Shown piece after piece: positions 9,581 through 19,126 of a DNA stretch of 64,000 nucleotides. Each line of letters opens with the position of its first letter. Positions within the stretch are counted from its first letter, which is position 1. The stretch comes from an uncultured Saprospiraceae bacterium (lineage in GTDB: Bacteria; Bacteroidota; Bacteroidia; Chitinophagales; Saprospiraceae): NCBI GenBank assembly GCA_964594045.1, contig CAZQKR010000004.1:69203-133202 (forward strand), given 5' to 3'. A program made the translations under genes and the position numbers. Under the pieces are notes generated by a model, which made no database searches, was not told where the DNA came from, and saw only the letters and a program-made list of their open reading frames with translations.

Positions 9581-12500
9581 ATGAAACAACTTGTTGCTTA
9601 TTTCATTAAGTATCCTGTAGCCTCCTGGGTTCTGATCATTTTCTTTTTCATTTTTGGGATCATGGGCATGCTCAGTATGAAGTCCTCTTTTTTCCCTTTG
9701 GTGGAAAACAGGTTCATCACCATCAATCTGGCCTATCCGGGAGCATCTCCTTTTGAAATGGAGGAAGGCATTGTGCTGAAAATCGAGGAAAATCTGAAGG
9801 GTTTGCCAGGTATCGAACGTTTTACTTCCAGGTGTATGGAGAACAGTGCGGTCATCACGGTGGAGGTAAAAAAGAATTATAATCCTGCCAATGTTTTGTT
9901 TGACGTAAAAAATGCAGTTGACCGTGTACCATCTTATCCTGCAGCAATGGAACCACCTGTGGTTAGCCGGCGTGAGGCGATGAATGAAGCCATTTCCTTT
10001 GTCGTTACCGGCTCGGATGTTCCATTGGTTACCTTAAAAAGACTTGCCAGGAAAATTGAATATGAGATCCGGTCCATGAAAGGTATTTCCCAGGTTCAAA
10101 TATCCGGTTTTCCACTGGAAGAAATTGAAATTGCCGTGAGGGAAAAAGATCTGAGGGCTTACAATCTTACTTTTGAAGAAATATCCAGAGCAGTTGCAAA
10201 TGCGAATATTCTGACTACAGGTGGCCGGATCAAAACCGAAAGCGAGGAGTACCTGATCCGGGTAAAAAATAAAAGTTATTACGCTGACGAACTCGATTTT
10301 CTGATCGTGCGGACAGACCAGGATGGAAATACCATCAGGTTGAGAGATGTTGCTCAGGTGACAGACAAATTTGCTGAAGATCCGGACAGAACTTTATACA
10401 ATGGCGAGGCTGCAATTGATTTTACAGTCATGAGTACCAATAATGAGGATTTGATCGGTATCACCAAAATGGTGAATAAGTACATTGAAGATTTTAACGG
10501 GGTAAATAACAACGTGCAGATCAAAGTGACACGTGATGCATCCGAATCACTTCTTGAAAGGCGCCTTCTTCTTCAGAAGAACGGGTTATTTGGTATTTTT
10601 CTGGTTTTATTGCTATTATCTGTTTTTCTACGTCCTCAACTGGCTTTTTGGGTGGCTTTTGGGTTGCCCCTGTCATTTTTGGGTATGTTCATCGTTGCAC
10701 CTCATCTGGATGTAACCATCAATGCTTTGTCCCTTTTCGGGATGATCATTGTGATCGGTATCCTGGTGGATGATTCTATTGTGGTGGGTGAAAACATTTA
10801 TCACCATTATGAAAAAGGGAAAACCCGGCTTCAGGCGACCATAGATGGCACGCTTGAAGTGGCGCCTCCGGTATTTTCAGCAGTACTGACCACAGTGATC
10901 GCATTCAGCGCCTTCTTTTTTCTGGAAGGACGTCTGGCAGACAATTATGGGCAGGTGGCTCTGATCGTGATCCTTACTCTTTCCATTTCCCTGGTGGAGG
11001 CTTTGATCATTTTGCCCTCACATATAGCCCATTCAAAGCAGGTAAGTCAGCAAAAACTTAAACCGAACATCCTCAACAGGTGGGGAGACCGGTTCATAGA
11101 ATTTTTCCGGGATAAACTTTATGGTCCATATCTTGCTTTTTTCCTGAAGCACAGGCTCCTCGGAATTGCCATACCCTTGTCTGCCTTCATCATCACTGTT
11201 GGGGCCCTGATGGGAGGAATAGTGAAAACCACTTTTTTTGCCAATATTGAAAGTGACCGGATCGTGGTCAACCTGGACATGATCAAAGGAACTTCAGAAA
11301 AAATAACCCTTGAAAATGTACTGAAAATCGAAGATGCTGTATGGGCTTTGAATGAAGAATATACCAAAAAACAGACAGGCAATCTTCAGGTTGTGGAAAA
11401 TATCATTACACAGATCGGTCCAGGATCATCGACGGCATCTGTACGGATCAACCTGTTGCCGGGAGACCAACGGGATTTCTCAGCGATAGACCTGACCAAT
11501 GCCCTCAGGGAAAAAGTCGGGCCAATCCATGGTTCAGAGAGTCTGACATTTGGTTCAGGATCCAGATTTGGAGGTGCGCCTGTGGCCATTTCGCTGGTGG
11601 GCTATAACATTGAAGAGCTGAAGTCTGCAAAATTGTTTTTGAAGGATCTGATGACGCGAAACCCAAAGCTGAAGGATGTTAAAGACAACGATCCAGCCGG
11701 GATCAATGAAATCATGATCACACTCAAGCCGAGCGCGTATATGTTGGGATTGACCTATAATGATGTGATGGCACAGGTCAGGAGTGCATTTTTTGGAAGG
11801 CAGGTGCAGCGTTTGCAGAGAGGCCAGGATGAAGTCCGTGTATGGGTCAGGTATGCAATGGAAGACAGGGACCAGATCAAAAATCTTGAAGATATCAGGA
11901 TCATGACACCCGGCGGTCAAAGAGTTCCTTTAGTGGAAATAGTGGAGTATGAGATCAGGAGAGGAGAAGTGGCCATCAATCACATCGACGGAAAAAGAGA
12001 AATTCAGGTCACAGCCGAACTGAGCGATGCCAAAGACAGTGCAACTGAAGTTCTCGGAGATGTTAAAACTCAGGATGTAACCAAAGTGTTGGCAAAATTT
12101 CCTTCAGTTTCAGTTCTTTATGAAGGACAGAACAGAGAGGCGGAGAAAACAGGTGATTCATCAAGAACTGTCATTCCGGTCATACTTTTCCTGATCTTTG
12201 CCGTGATCGCCTTTACATTCCGGACCTTCAGCCAGCCTCTGATCCTGATGCTGATGATCCCCTTAAGCCTGATCGGTGTTGCCTGGGGACACTGGCTGCA
12301 CGGAATTCAGGTTAGCATGTTGTCCACCCTCGGGATCATTGCGCTCATTGGTATAGTGGTCAATGACGGTTTGGTGCTGATCAGTAAATTTAACATATAT
12401 CTGACGCAGGGTATGCCATACGATGAAGCGCTGGTCGCTGCCGGAAAATCCAGGTTGAGGGCCATTCTTCTGACCTCAATGACTACGGTTGCAGGATTGG

Positions 12501-12733
12501 CTCCGCTGATATTTGAAAAAAGCCGACAAGCACAGTTTTTAATTCCGATGGCACTTTCGCTGACCTACGGAATCATCATTTCGACATTTCTGACCTTGCT
12601 TTTGCTTCCAATTTTATTGTCCTATGTCAACGATATGAAAGTGCATTCACTTTGGCTGTGGACAGGCAAAAAACCGGCCAGGGAAAGCGTAGAAAGAGCT
12701 ATAAGAGAATCCAAACAAGAGAATCATGCATAA
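9581..12733 (+). CDS. RND efflux transporter permease (AcrB/CzcA superfamily)
   Basis: 1050 aa. 12-TM topology with two large periplasmic loops. Conserved TM4 region GMIIVIGILVDDSIVVGENI and TM10 region ALIGIVVNDGLVLISKF. Confidence 0.9.
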   Translation: MKQLVAYFIKYPVASWVLIIFFFIFGIMGMLSMKSSFFPLVENRFITINLAYPGASPFEMEEGIVLKIEENLKGLPGIERFTSRCMENSAVITVEVKKNYNPANVLFDVKNAVDRVPSYPAAMEPPVVSRREAMNEAISFVVTGSDVPLVTLKRLARKIEYEIRSMKGISQVQISGFPLEEIEIAVREKDLRAYNLTFEEISRAVANANILTTGGRIKTESEEYLIRVKNKSYYADELDFLIVRTDQDGNTIRLRDVAQVTDKFAEDPDRTLYNGEAAIDFTVMSTNNEDLIGITKMVNKYIEDFNGVNNNVQIKVTRDASESLLERRLLLQKNGLFGIFLVLLLLSVFLRPQLAFWVAFGLPLSFLGMFIVAPHLDVTINALSLFGMIIVIGILVDDSIVVGENIYHHYEKGKTRLQATIDGTLEVAPPVFSAVLTTVIAFSAFFFLEGRLADNYGQVALIVILTLSISLVEALIILPSHIAHSKQVSQQKLKPNILNRWGDRFIEFFRDKLYGPYLAFFLKHRLLGIAIPLSAFIITVGALMGGIVKTTFFANIESDRIVVNLDMIKGTSEKITLENVLKIEDAVWALNEEYTKKQTGNLQVVENIITQIGPGSSTASVRINLLPGDQRDFSAIDLTNALREKVGPIHGSESLTFGSGSRFGGAPVAISLVGYNIEELKSAKLFLKDLMTRNPKLKDVKDNDPAGINEIMITLKPSAYMLGLTYNDVMAQVRSAFFGRQVQRLQRGQDEVRVWVRYAMEDRDQIKNLEDIRIMTPGGQRVPLVEIVEYEIRRGEVAINHIDGKREIQVTAELSDAKDSATEVLGDVKTQDVTKVLAKFPSVSVLYEGQNREAEKTGDSSRTVIPVILFLIFAVIAFTFRTFSQPLILMLMIPLSLIGVAWGHWLHGIQVSMLSTLGIIALIGIVVNDGLVLISKFNIYLTQGMPYDEALVAAGKSRLRAILLTSMTTVAGLAPLIFEKSRQAQFLIPMALSLTYGIIISTFLTLLLLPILLSYVNDMKVHSLWLWTGKKPARESVERAIRESKQENHA

Positions 12734-14042
12734 GATCATATCCACTGTATTTTTTATCATCGTTTTTGGTGTTGTCCAAGGACAGGAGGTGCTGACGACG
12801 GATAAAGCAATTGAAATCGCCCTTGAAAACAATTATGGTATACGGTTGGCCGCCAATATGGTAGAGATCGCTCAAAACAATACCAGTATTCTGAACACCG
12901 GCGATTTACCGTCTTTTGCGCTGAATTCAAATGCCGGATATGGTGCAACCGGCAGTGAACTCAGGTATAATGCTGAAGGTGTACCCGGTTCTTCCACCTG
13001 GCTGGTGCACGGTTTGGATGTTGGTGCATCTGTTTCCGGCAGCTATCTGATCTACAACTTTGGCAATCGTGAACTGAAAAAGCAGAAATTGCAGGAAACG
13101 CTCAAACTGGCCGGACTGGAGCAGAGAAAAACGATTGAAAACAGCATATATGCGGTTCTGGCCAATTATTATTATCTGGCTCAGATCGGGGAAAACCTGG
13201 TGGCACAGGAAGAAGTTCTCCGGATCTCCAGAGACAGGATCAACAGGATACAGTTGCAGAATCAGTTTGGGAGAAACAACAGATTGGCTATTCTCAATGC
13301 CGAAGTAGATATGAACAGGGACAGCATCGATCTGATGAACCTCATTCAACAAATGGACAACCAGAAAAGGGATCTGAATTTTCTCCTGGGAAGGGCTGTT
13401 GACAATAGTTTTTCAGTTGACCCCTCGATCAACTTTATAGAAGGGCTGACTTTGAACCAACTTTTGGAAGAAGCTTTGAGCAATAATGTCGATCTTTCTG
13501 TTGCGGATCAGGATATCGCGATGAGCAGGCTGGATATGAAGATCAATGAAAACAGTCTGAAACCTGCGATCACGGCCAATGGTTCCTTAGGCCTTTTAGG
13601 CGCAGCCAACAGTCCAAAAGCCAGCATCAAAAACCAGTTTGTGACTGACTTTGCCCTCGGGGTAGGGTTGAGCTGGAATATTTTTGACGGAGGATACAAA
13701 AAGGTACGTGACGGTAATCTGAAGATCATGCTGGATAACCAGGAAATTTTACGTGAGCAGAAATCTGCAGAAATAAAGCTTAATATACACAATGCCTGGG
13801 AGACCTTTCAGAATCAGCTTTATCTGATGAAGGTCGAGGAAAGGAATATGGAGACGGCTCAACTGAATTTTGAAAGGACTTCTGAACAATTCAAATTGGG
13901 TCAGGTCAGTTCCATCGAATTCAGACAGGCACAGCTCAACCAACTGAGCGCTCAGCTTTCCTATAACCGGGCTAAATTGAATGCCAAACTGAGTGAACTC
14001 ACGCTATTGCTCAACAGCGGCAGAATTCTGGAGGGAATTTAA
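12726..14042 (+). CDS. TolC-family outer-membrane efflux channel
   Basis: Signal peptide, then two repeats of the alpha-helical/beta-strand TolC pattern (IEIALENNYGIRLAAN..., LEEALSNNVDLSVADQDIAMSR...). The gene overlaps the RND pump gene by 8 nt. Confidence 0.85.
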   Translation: MHKIISTVFFIIVFGVVQGQEVLTTDKAIEIALENNYGIRLAANMVEIAQNNTSILNTGDLPSFALNSNAGYGATGSELRYNAEGVPGSSTWLVHGLDVGASVSGSYLIYNFGNRELKKQKLQETLKLAGLEQRKTIENSIYAVLANYYYLAQIGENLVAQEEVLRISRDRINRIQLQNQFGRNNRLAILNAEVDMNRDSIDLMNLIQQMDNQKRDLNFLLGRAVDNSFSVDPSINFIEGLTLNQLLEEALSNNVDLSVADQDIAMSRLDMKINENSLKPAITANGSLGLLGAANSPKASIKNQFVTDFALGVGLSWNIFDGGYKKVRDGNLKIMLDNQEILREQKSAEIKLNIHNAWETFQNQLYLMKVEERNMETAQLNFERTSEQFKLGQVSSIEFRQAQLNQLSAQLSYNRAKLNAKLSELTLLLNSGRILEGI

Positions 14043-14055
14043 ACGGACTTACTGA

Positions 14056-14679
14056 TCAGAACCGGTATATACCTTTGAAACTCAAGAAATAACTTACAAG
14101 ACTCAGCTGATCGGTGTCTTCAAATTTTTTGAGCTTTGTGAGGGCTCTGGTATATCTGAATCCGAGACCAAGATTTTTATTGAAAAAGTAATTTCCTCCT
14201 ATCAGTATGCTGATGTCATTTTTGAGCAGATCATCGGCCGGTTCTTTTTCATTATCTTCTGCAGTGAAAGCGTTGAACAGATAACCGTAAGAAAGTCCGG
14301 CTTCTGCATTGACCTTATAGTATGATCCATTCTCGACAAACCAATCCTCGTATTTCGCGATCACCGGAATTTCGATGTATTTGAGGTCTATCTGCCTTCT
14401 GGGGCCACCCGTGTTCACCAGCAGATCGGTCTGACTTCCCCTTTGACTGTACAACAATTCCATTGCCAACCGCCATGGCTTATTCAGTGCATAACTGACC
14501 TGAAGACCGCCAGTAAGACCCAGTTTGTCGTATCCGGCCAACTGATCTCCGTCAATCTGAGATGCATTCAACCCGAGGATCAGGCCACCCCCGAATTTCT
14601 GGCCAACCAGATCATGTACAGAAAAGATCAAAAAAAGGAAACAAATTGCTATACCAGTTTTTTTTATGGTCAATTCCAT
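14056..14679 (-). CDS. Small outer-membrane beta-barrel protein (OmpW/porin-like family)
   Basis: Start chosen at the internal Met (MELTIKKTGIAICFLFLIFSVHDLVGQ, signal peptide) rather than the ORF-track start at 14859. Alternating amphipathic strands. C-terminal ...FKGIYRF ending in Phe. Confidence 0.6.
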   Translation of the reverse strand: MELTIKKTGIAICFLFLIFSVHDLVGQKFGGGLILGLNASQIDGDQLAGYDKLGLTGGLQVSYALNKPWRLAMELLYSQRGSQTDLLVNTGGPRRQIDLKYIEIPVIAKYEDWFVENGSYYKVNAEAGLSYGYLFNAFTAEDNEKEPADDLLKNDISILIGGNYFFNKNLGLGFRYTRALTKLKKFEDTDQLSLVSYFLSFKGIYRF

Positions 14680-14740
14680 GTCTTTTGTATTTGAATGATA
14701 AAAACTTAACTTTTTTATGGGTGATATATTATCTAAATGT

Positions 14741-15050
14741 ATTTTCAGAGGAATACAAAATAAAGTTATTCCAAAAAGTTGCACAAAGAAGGCACAAAGA
14801 GCACAAAATGAATACATTATATAATAATCCAAATGAATTTCCCGTTGTTCTAAAATCAAAACTTTGTGGCTTTTGTGCCTGCTTGGTGCCCTTTGTGGAA
14901 CTTAGGAAATACAGCTGTTCCACAAAGTTACACGAAGGAGGCACAAAGCGCACAGAGGAAATACAATTAAGTTGAGTTACCATGCATTTTTCGGATTTCA
15001 GCATTAAAAACTTCGTGTTTTTCGTGTCTGCTTCGTGTATTTCGTGGAAT
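14741..15050. repeat. About 310-bp intergenic repeat element with palindromic substructure, copy A
   Basis: Motifs GGAATAcaaaataaagtTATTCC, GTTGCACAAAGAAGGCACAAAG, and the perfect 11-bp inverted repeat CTTTGTGGAAC/GTTCCACAAAG at 14888-14918. The 3' part CTTCGTGTTTTTCGTGTCTGCTTCGTGTATTTCGTGGAATTTTC (about 15000-15050) and the 5' part (14741-14810) recur in inverted orientation at 24841-24990. Confidence 0.6.
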
Positions 15051-15286
15051 TTTCTAAAATATCAGTTTGTCAAACATCACCTGATCAAAGACCCTTGGTG
15101 ATCAAATTACACTAAAATCCACACAATTCCACTTAGCCCATTAAAAGTCAGGGTCAAATATAATTGAATGAGGGCATACCTTTCGGTTCAGATGCTGAAT
15201 TTTGCAATGTGGTTCGAATATTTGGCATAAACGGGGATATTTGTATATCTGTTTTTTAACTTTGTGAAGATAATGAACGAACTGGC

Positions 15287-15571
15287 ATGTTGAAATACAC
15301 CAAAACAACCCTGGAAAAACTTACTGACATATTTGACGACATGGAATATGTGGTGAGATTTGAAAAAGGACACTTCCAATCCGGCTATGCGGTTGTACAT
15401 GACAAAAAAATTGTGGTCATCAACAAGTTTTATGATCTGGAGGCGAGGATCAATGCTTTGCTTGAAATTCTGGATCAAATACAGGTAGAGGAACCATTGC
15501 TTGATCAGAGATCGAAAGTTTTCTATCATTTTCTGGTCAAAGAATCCCTCATCAAGACAAAGGAAAAATGA
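15287..15571 (+). CDS. Hypothetical protein (94 aa) translationally coupled to the downstream MBL hydrolase
   Basis: Clean ORF whose stop overlaps the next start (ATGA at 15568). No recognisable domain. Confidence 0.4.
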   Translation: MLKYTKTTLEKLTDIFDDMEYVVRFEKGHFQSGYAVVHDKKIVVINKFYDLEARINALLEILDQIQVEEPLLDQRSKVFYHFLVKESLIKTKEK

Positions 15572-16332
15572 AGCTGATCATACTTGGTACCGGAACTTCC
15601 CAGGGTATTCCCATCATCGGTTGCCCATGCCAGACCTGCACATCAGTTGATCCACGGGATAAAAGAACCCGCACTTCGGCTTATCTGGAATGGGACGGCC
15701 TTAAACTGCTGATCGATTGCGGACCTGATTTTCGTCAACAGATGCTTGCCAATGGATTGCAAAATCTGGATGCGGTGCTCCTGACACACGAACACAACGA
15801 TCATCTGATCGGCCTGGATGACATCAGACCTATTAATTTTCTGCAGGGAAAGGACATGCCGGTTTTTGGTCTGGACAGGGTCATACGCGAGCTGAAATTA
15901 CGTTTTTGTTATGCATTTGAAGAAAAACCCTATCCCGGAGTACCACGGTTGACTCCGCTTACCATTGATCAGAACGAAGCATTTTACATTCAAAACAAAA
16001 AGATCATTCCGATACCGGTTTTTCACGGGGATCTGGAAATACTGGGCTTCAGGTTTGGAGACATGGTTTACCTGACGGATGTCAAAAGTATCCCGCCAAC
16101 CAGTCTTGAATTGATCAGGAATTGTAAGGTTTTGGTCATCAATGCATTGAGGTACCAGTTTCACAATACTCATCTCAATCTCGATGAAGCGGTCTCATTC
16201 ATTCGCGAGATCCGGGCTGATCGGGCATTTCTCACTCATTTGAGCCACAAATTTCCACCTCACGGTGTTTTTTCAGGTCAATTGCCTGAGGGTGTTTTTG
16301 CAGCTTACGACGGACTGACGATCTATGCCTGA
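15568..16332 (+). CDS. MBL-fold metallo-hydrolase, PhnP-like (phosphodiesterase-type)
   Basis: HxHxDH motif (LTHEHNDHLIGLDD). N-terminal GTGTSQGIP and Cys-rich CPCQTC as in PhnP/YhfI-type cyclic phosphodiesterases. 254 aa. Confidence 0.75.
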   Translation: MKLIILGTGTSQGIPIIGCPCQTCTSVDPRDKRTRTSAYLEWDGLKLLIDCGPDFRQQMLANGLQNLDAVLLTHEHNDHLIGLDDIRPINFLQGKDMPVFGLDRVIRELKLRFCYAFEEKPYPGVPRLTPLTIDQNEAFYIQNKKIIPIPVFHGDLEILGFRFGDMVYLTDVKSIPPTSLELIRNCKVLVINALRYQFHNTHLNLDEAVSFIREIRADRAFLTHLSHKFPPHGVFSGQLPEGVFAAYDGLTIYA

Positions 16333-16343
16333 GCCGTTATGAC

Positions 16344-17252
16344 TCAATGCCTGAAATACATGCCCAGTCCAAAAAGCAGCACGTAAACCAAAGTGCTGAT
16401 GGCCATTTGTTTCAGATAAGGGTCCAGTTGACTCTGTTCCCTGTAAACAGTCACGGCGAATGCATTTCTGATGAACATGGGAATGGAGAGTATGAATAAG
16501 TACTGGGAAATGGATTGTTGATTGGTAAAAACGAATATGAAGGAAACCACCATTGCGGTAGTGAGCAGGAAATAATGATAAAGTGTGGCATAATTTCTCC
16601 CGAGTATAACTGCCAGGGATCGTTTCCCCGCCAGAATATCTGATTCCATGTCCCGGATATTGTTGACATTGAGTACCGCAACAGAAAGGGTACCTACTGC
16701 TACAGAAGGCAATATGACCTCCACGGGAAAAAACCCGGTCTGAAGATAAAAACTTCCCGAAACTGCTGCCAGTCCAAAGAAAATAAATACGGCTATATCG
16801 CCCCACCCATGGTATCCGTATGGTTTTTTGCCCATGGTGTATCTGATCGCAGCAAAAAGAGCTGCTATACCCAGGACAAGAAAGGACCAGAAAGCCAATC
16901 TGGAAAGCGGTGCAATGACCAGCAAGGAAAAACCTGTAGAAAAGGCCAAAAATGCACACATGATGATGCCTGCTTTCATCTGGCTCTTGCTGATCTTACC
17001 GGATTGGACAGCCCTTGAAGGACCTTTCCTGTCAGCAGAATCTGCACCATGGAGACTGTCTCCAAGGTCATTGGCCAGGTTGGACAATATTTGCAGAAAA
17101 AGTGCGGTCAGCAACGCCAAAATGAACACCGGCAAATTGAAAGCATTGTAGAAATGAGCGAGAAATCCGCCCATGGTGATGCCTGCCAGCGCCAGCGGCA
17201 GTGTTCTCAGCCGCATAGCCCCGATCCAGTTGGAAATGTTTGTTGAATTCAT
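16344..17252 (-). CDS. menA: 1,4-dihydroxy-2-naphthoate polyprenyltransferase (UbiA superfamily)
   Basis: UbiA-family Asp-rich motifs NDLGDSLHGADSADRKGPSRAV and ...NNIRDMESD. About 9 TM helices. The N-terminal ...AMRLRTLPLALAG resembles the MenA N-terminus. Start set at the internal Met 17252; the ORF track extends to 17300. Confidence 0.8.
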   Translation of the reverse strand: MNSTNISNWIGAMRLRTLPLALAGITMGGFLAHFYNAFNLPVFILALLTALFLQILSNLANDLGDSLHGADSADRKGPSRAVQSGKISKSQMKAGIIMCAFLAFSTGFSLLVIAPLSRLAFWSFLVLGIAALFAAIRYTMGKKPYGYHGWGDIAVFIFFGLAAVSGSFYLQTGFFPVEVILPSVAVGTLSVAVLNVNNIRDMESDILAGKRSLAVILGRNYATLYHYFLLTTAMVVSFIFVFTNQQSISQYLFILSIPMFIRNAFAVTVYREQSQLDPYLKQMAISTLVYVLLFGLGMYFRH

Positions 17253-17467
17253 CCGGCAAATGTACAGTTTTAAAGGTTTTTTCCAAAATCGGTGATGCAT
17301 ACCTGATCATTTGATTCCGGCTTCAGGCCATTTGGATGGACAAACAGGATGCGATTTTAAATAATCCCCCATTCCGGAGCTCCTGATGAAAACCAGGACG
17401 GACTGAACGGGAATCAGGGCAAATTGAAAAGAGCCGGGGTAAAAGAAACCAGAACCAAGACAAACTA

Positions 17468-17706
17468 CACGAGTACAATGACAAACTGCACGAGTACAAT
17501 GGCAAACAGCACGAGTACAATGGCAAACAGCACGAGTACAAAGGCAAACTTCACGAGTACAAAGGCAAACTTCACGAGTACAAAGGCAAACTTCACGAGT
17601 ACAATGACAAACTGCACGAGTACAATGGTAAACTGCACGAGTACAATAGCAAACTGCGCGAGTACAATAGCAAACTGCACGAGTACAAAGGCAAACTGCA
17701 CGAGAA
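17468..17706. repeat. Tandem repeat, 21-bp unit x about 11 (CACGAGTACAATGGCAAACAG and variants)
   Basis: Read directly from the sequence. Consecutive units differ at 2-4 positions and fall into three sub-types (..ATGACAAACTG, ..ATGGCAAACAG, ..AAGGCAAACTT), each repeated 2-3 times. The unit has no stop codon in any frame, which produces artefactual ORFs in all six frames across it. Confidence 0.9.
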
Positions 17707-17745
17707 CCAGGTAAAACTAAAAAATGTATCAAAAATGCTTTTTTT

Positions 17746-17797
17746 TACCGTTCCCTCAGCGAAAGCTACCGTTCCCACAGCGAAAGCTACCGTTCGT
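17746..17797. repeat. Second short tandem repeat, also with 21-bp period, x about 2.4 (TACCGTTCCCNCAGCGAAAGC)
   Basis: ttACCGTTCCCTCAGCGAAAGCTACCGTTCCCACAGCGAAAGCTACCGTTCG, read directly. Confidence 0.6.
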
Positions 17798-17953
17798 TAA
17801 ATGATGAATAAAATTATAGTTTTTTTACACCTGTCAGAATGTAAAAAAATGTTGGAAAATCAACCAATAAACCAATTAAATATTTTGAAATGTTAACTTC
17901 ATAATTTTTCTTTGTACCGATAATTTATTATTTCATCCTTAAATCCATTTAAC

Positions 17954-18667
17954 ATGGCGGGAAAAACAGAATCGTCCTTCGGGGCCAGGCTAAGAAGGGC
18001 ATATGACCTTTTAGCACTTGTACAAAAATTGGAAGACTATCAACCTCCGCGACCTGAGGAAAGTATTGAAGACTTCAAAACGTTTGTTCAAAAATTGGAA
18101 GAAGCAAATACGAGGGTCACCAATTTGAGAAATACTTACACGCTTTCAGTAGCTCAACGAGCAAGCCATTTCAGAGGTGAAGATGATTCTCTGGAGAAAA
18201 TCATTGTTCAGATCCGCGCAGCTGTTGAAGCCGCATTAGGAAAATCTTCAACCCAAATGAGCATTATCACCGGAATCAACCGCAAAATACGGGCTACGAA
18301 GATATCCAAAGCACCGGATGATCCGACAAAATCGACTAACGAAGAAGCAGTCAGCAGATCCCAGAGATCCTACGGATCGTTGACCCAATTCTTTAGCGAC
18401 ATTATCAACTCTGTGGCCAGCTATCCGGAATATAATCCTTCCAACGAGAAGATCGGAGTCACAGCATTGAAAGAAAAATTTAACAGAATGCACACACTGA
18501 ATGATGAAGTTATGGCCACTACACAGGATTTGAAAGTGGCTGAAGTAGATCGAAAGGCTCAATTTCTAGAATTGAATGCAAGAGTTCAAAGGATCAAAGC
18601 CTATATCAAGGCACAATATGGGATAAAATCAGAAGCTTATATGGTGATCAAGGGACTGCGTTTTTAA
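17954..18667 (+). CDS. Hypothetical protein (237 aa, predicted alpha-helical, no signal peptide)
   Basis: Uninterrupted ORF in an otherwise AT-rich stretch. Charged helical sequence (LEDYQPPRPEESIEDFKTFVQKLEEANTRV...). No motif I recognise. Confidence 0.55.
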   Translation: MAGKTESSFGARLRRAYDLLALVQKLEDYQPPRPEESIEDFKTFVQKLEEANTRVTNLRNTYTLSVAQRASHFRGEDDSLEKIIVQIRAAVEAALGKSSTQMSIITGINRKIRATKISKAPDDPTKSTNEEAVSRSQRSYGSLTQFFSDIINSVASYPEYNPSNEKIGVTALKEKFNRMHTLNDEVMATTQDLKVAEVDRKAQFLELNARVQRIKAYIKAQYGIKSEAYMVIKGLRF

Positions 18668-19126
18668 TATCAAGTTTTCTGGGACACGTGGGCCTGTTCC
18701 TTTACGGTGGTGAATGGGCCTTTTTTGTTTTTTAGGTATATATGGATTTAGTCTTTTAGACTTTTTGTATTGCCCGGATCAATCCTAAGTCAATAGACAT
18801 GGTTCAATTTCGACCGGAATCGCAGGTCACTATGAACCGGATCTTACATTATGTAAAAACCGATGAAAATCAGAAGAAATAAAGCTAATTAGCTATCAAA
18901 TCAGGTCGCTGGACCGGTAAAAGGGTAACTCCATCCAATAGATACTACATCCGCAATACCGATTTCCCCATATGATTAAAAAAATACTTGTTTTCAACTT
19001 TTTAGTGCGCTTACGAAGGTTCCGTTCAACACTGCGTTCATCGCTTGGTTTGCAACCACGACGAACGCTCAGCTGTTAGCGGGTCGTTTTTTTTTACTTT
19101 TATGAAATCCTTTCTGTTTAAACAAT

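Noticed and set aside
14700-15060. Small ORFs inside repeat element A (14562..14975 +, 14729..15004 -)
   Set aside because: These lie wholly within a palindrome-rich non-coding repeat. Their sequences are Cys/Leu/Phe-rich with no start context. A partial copy of the element elsewhere (24841-24990) is not in frame.
16273-16959. 228-aa minus-strand ORF overlapping menA in another frame, also 3329..3913 within hisS, 52491..53111 within the serpin gene, and 11555..11920 within the RND pump gene
   Set aside because: These are out-of-frame or antisense ORFs inside well-supported genes. They are Cys/His/Arg-rich and typical of frame-shifted translation of GC-richer coding DNA.
17307-17778. Four overlapping ORFs (141, 96, 78 and 61 aa; 17307..17732 -, 17424..17714 +, 17465..17701 -, 17593..17778 -) encoding TRAVCHC / TSTMANS / FAIVLVQ heptad repeats across the 21-bp minisatellite
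   Set aside because: The 21-bp unit has no stop codon in any of the six frames, so open frames are an automatic consequence. There is no signal peptide, no start context, and several mutually exclusive ORFs. The region is treated as non-coding repeat. The longest is mentioned as a remote possibility in the findings.
19000-19098. Possible tRNA or tRNA-like structure (region with GGTTCC...CGAACGC)
   Set aside because: There is no TΨC-loop consensus (GTTCGAATC-like) in the proper context, and no acceptor-stem complementarity could be found. Only the terminal hairpin plus T-run is retained, as an orphan terminator.
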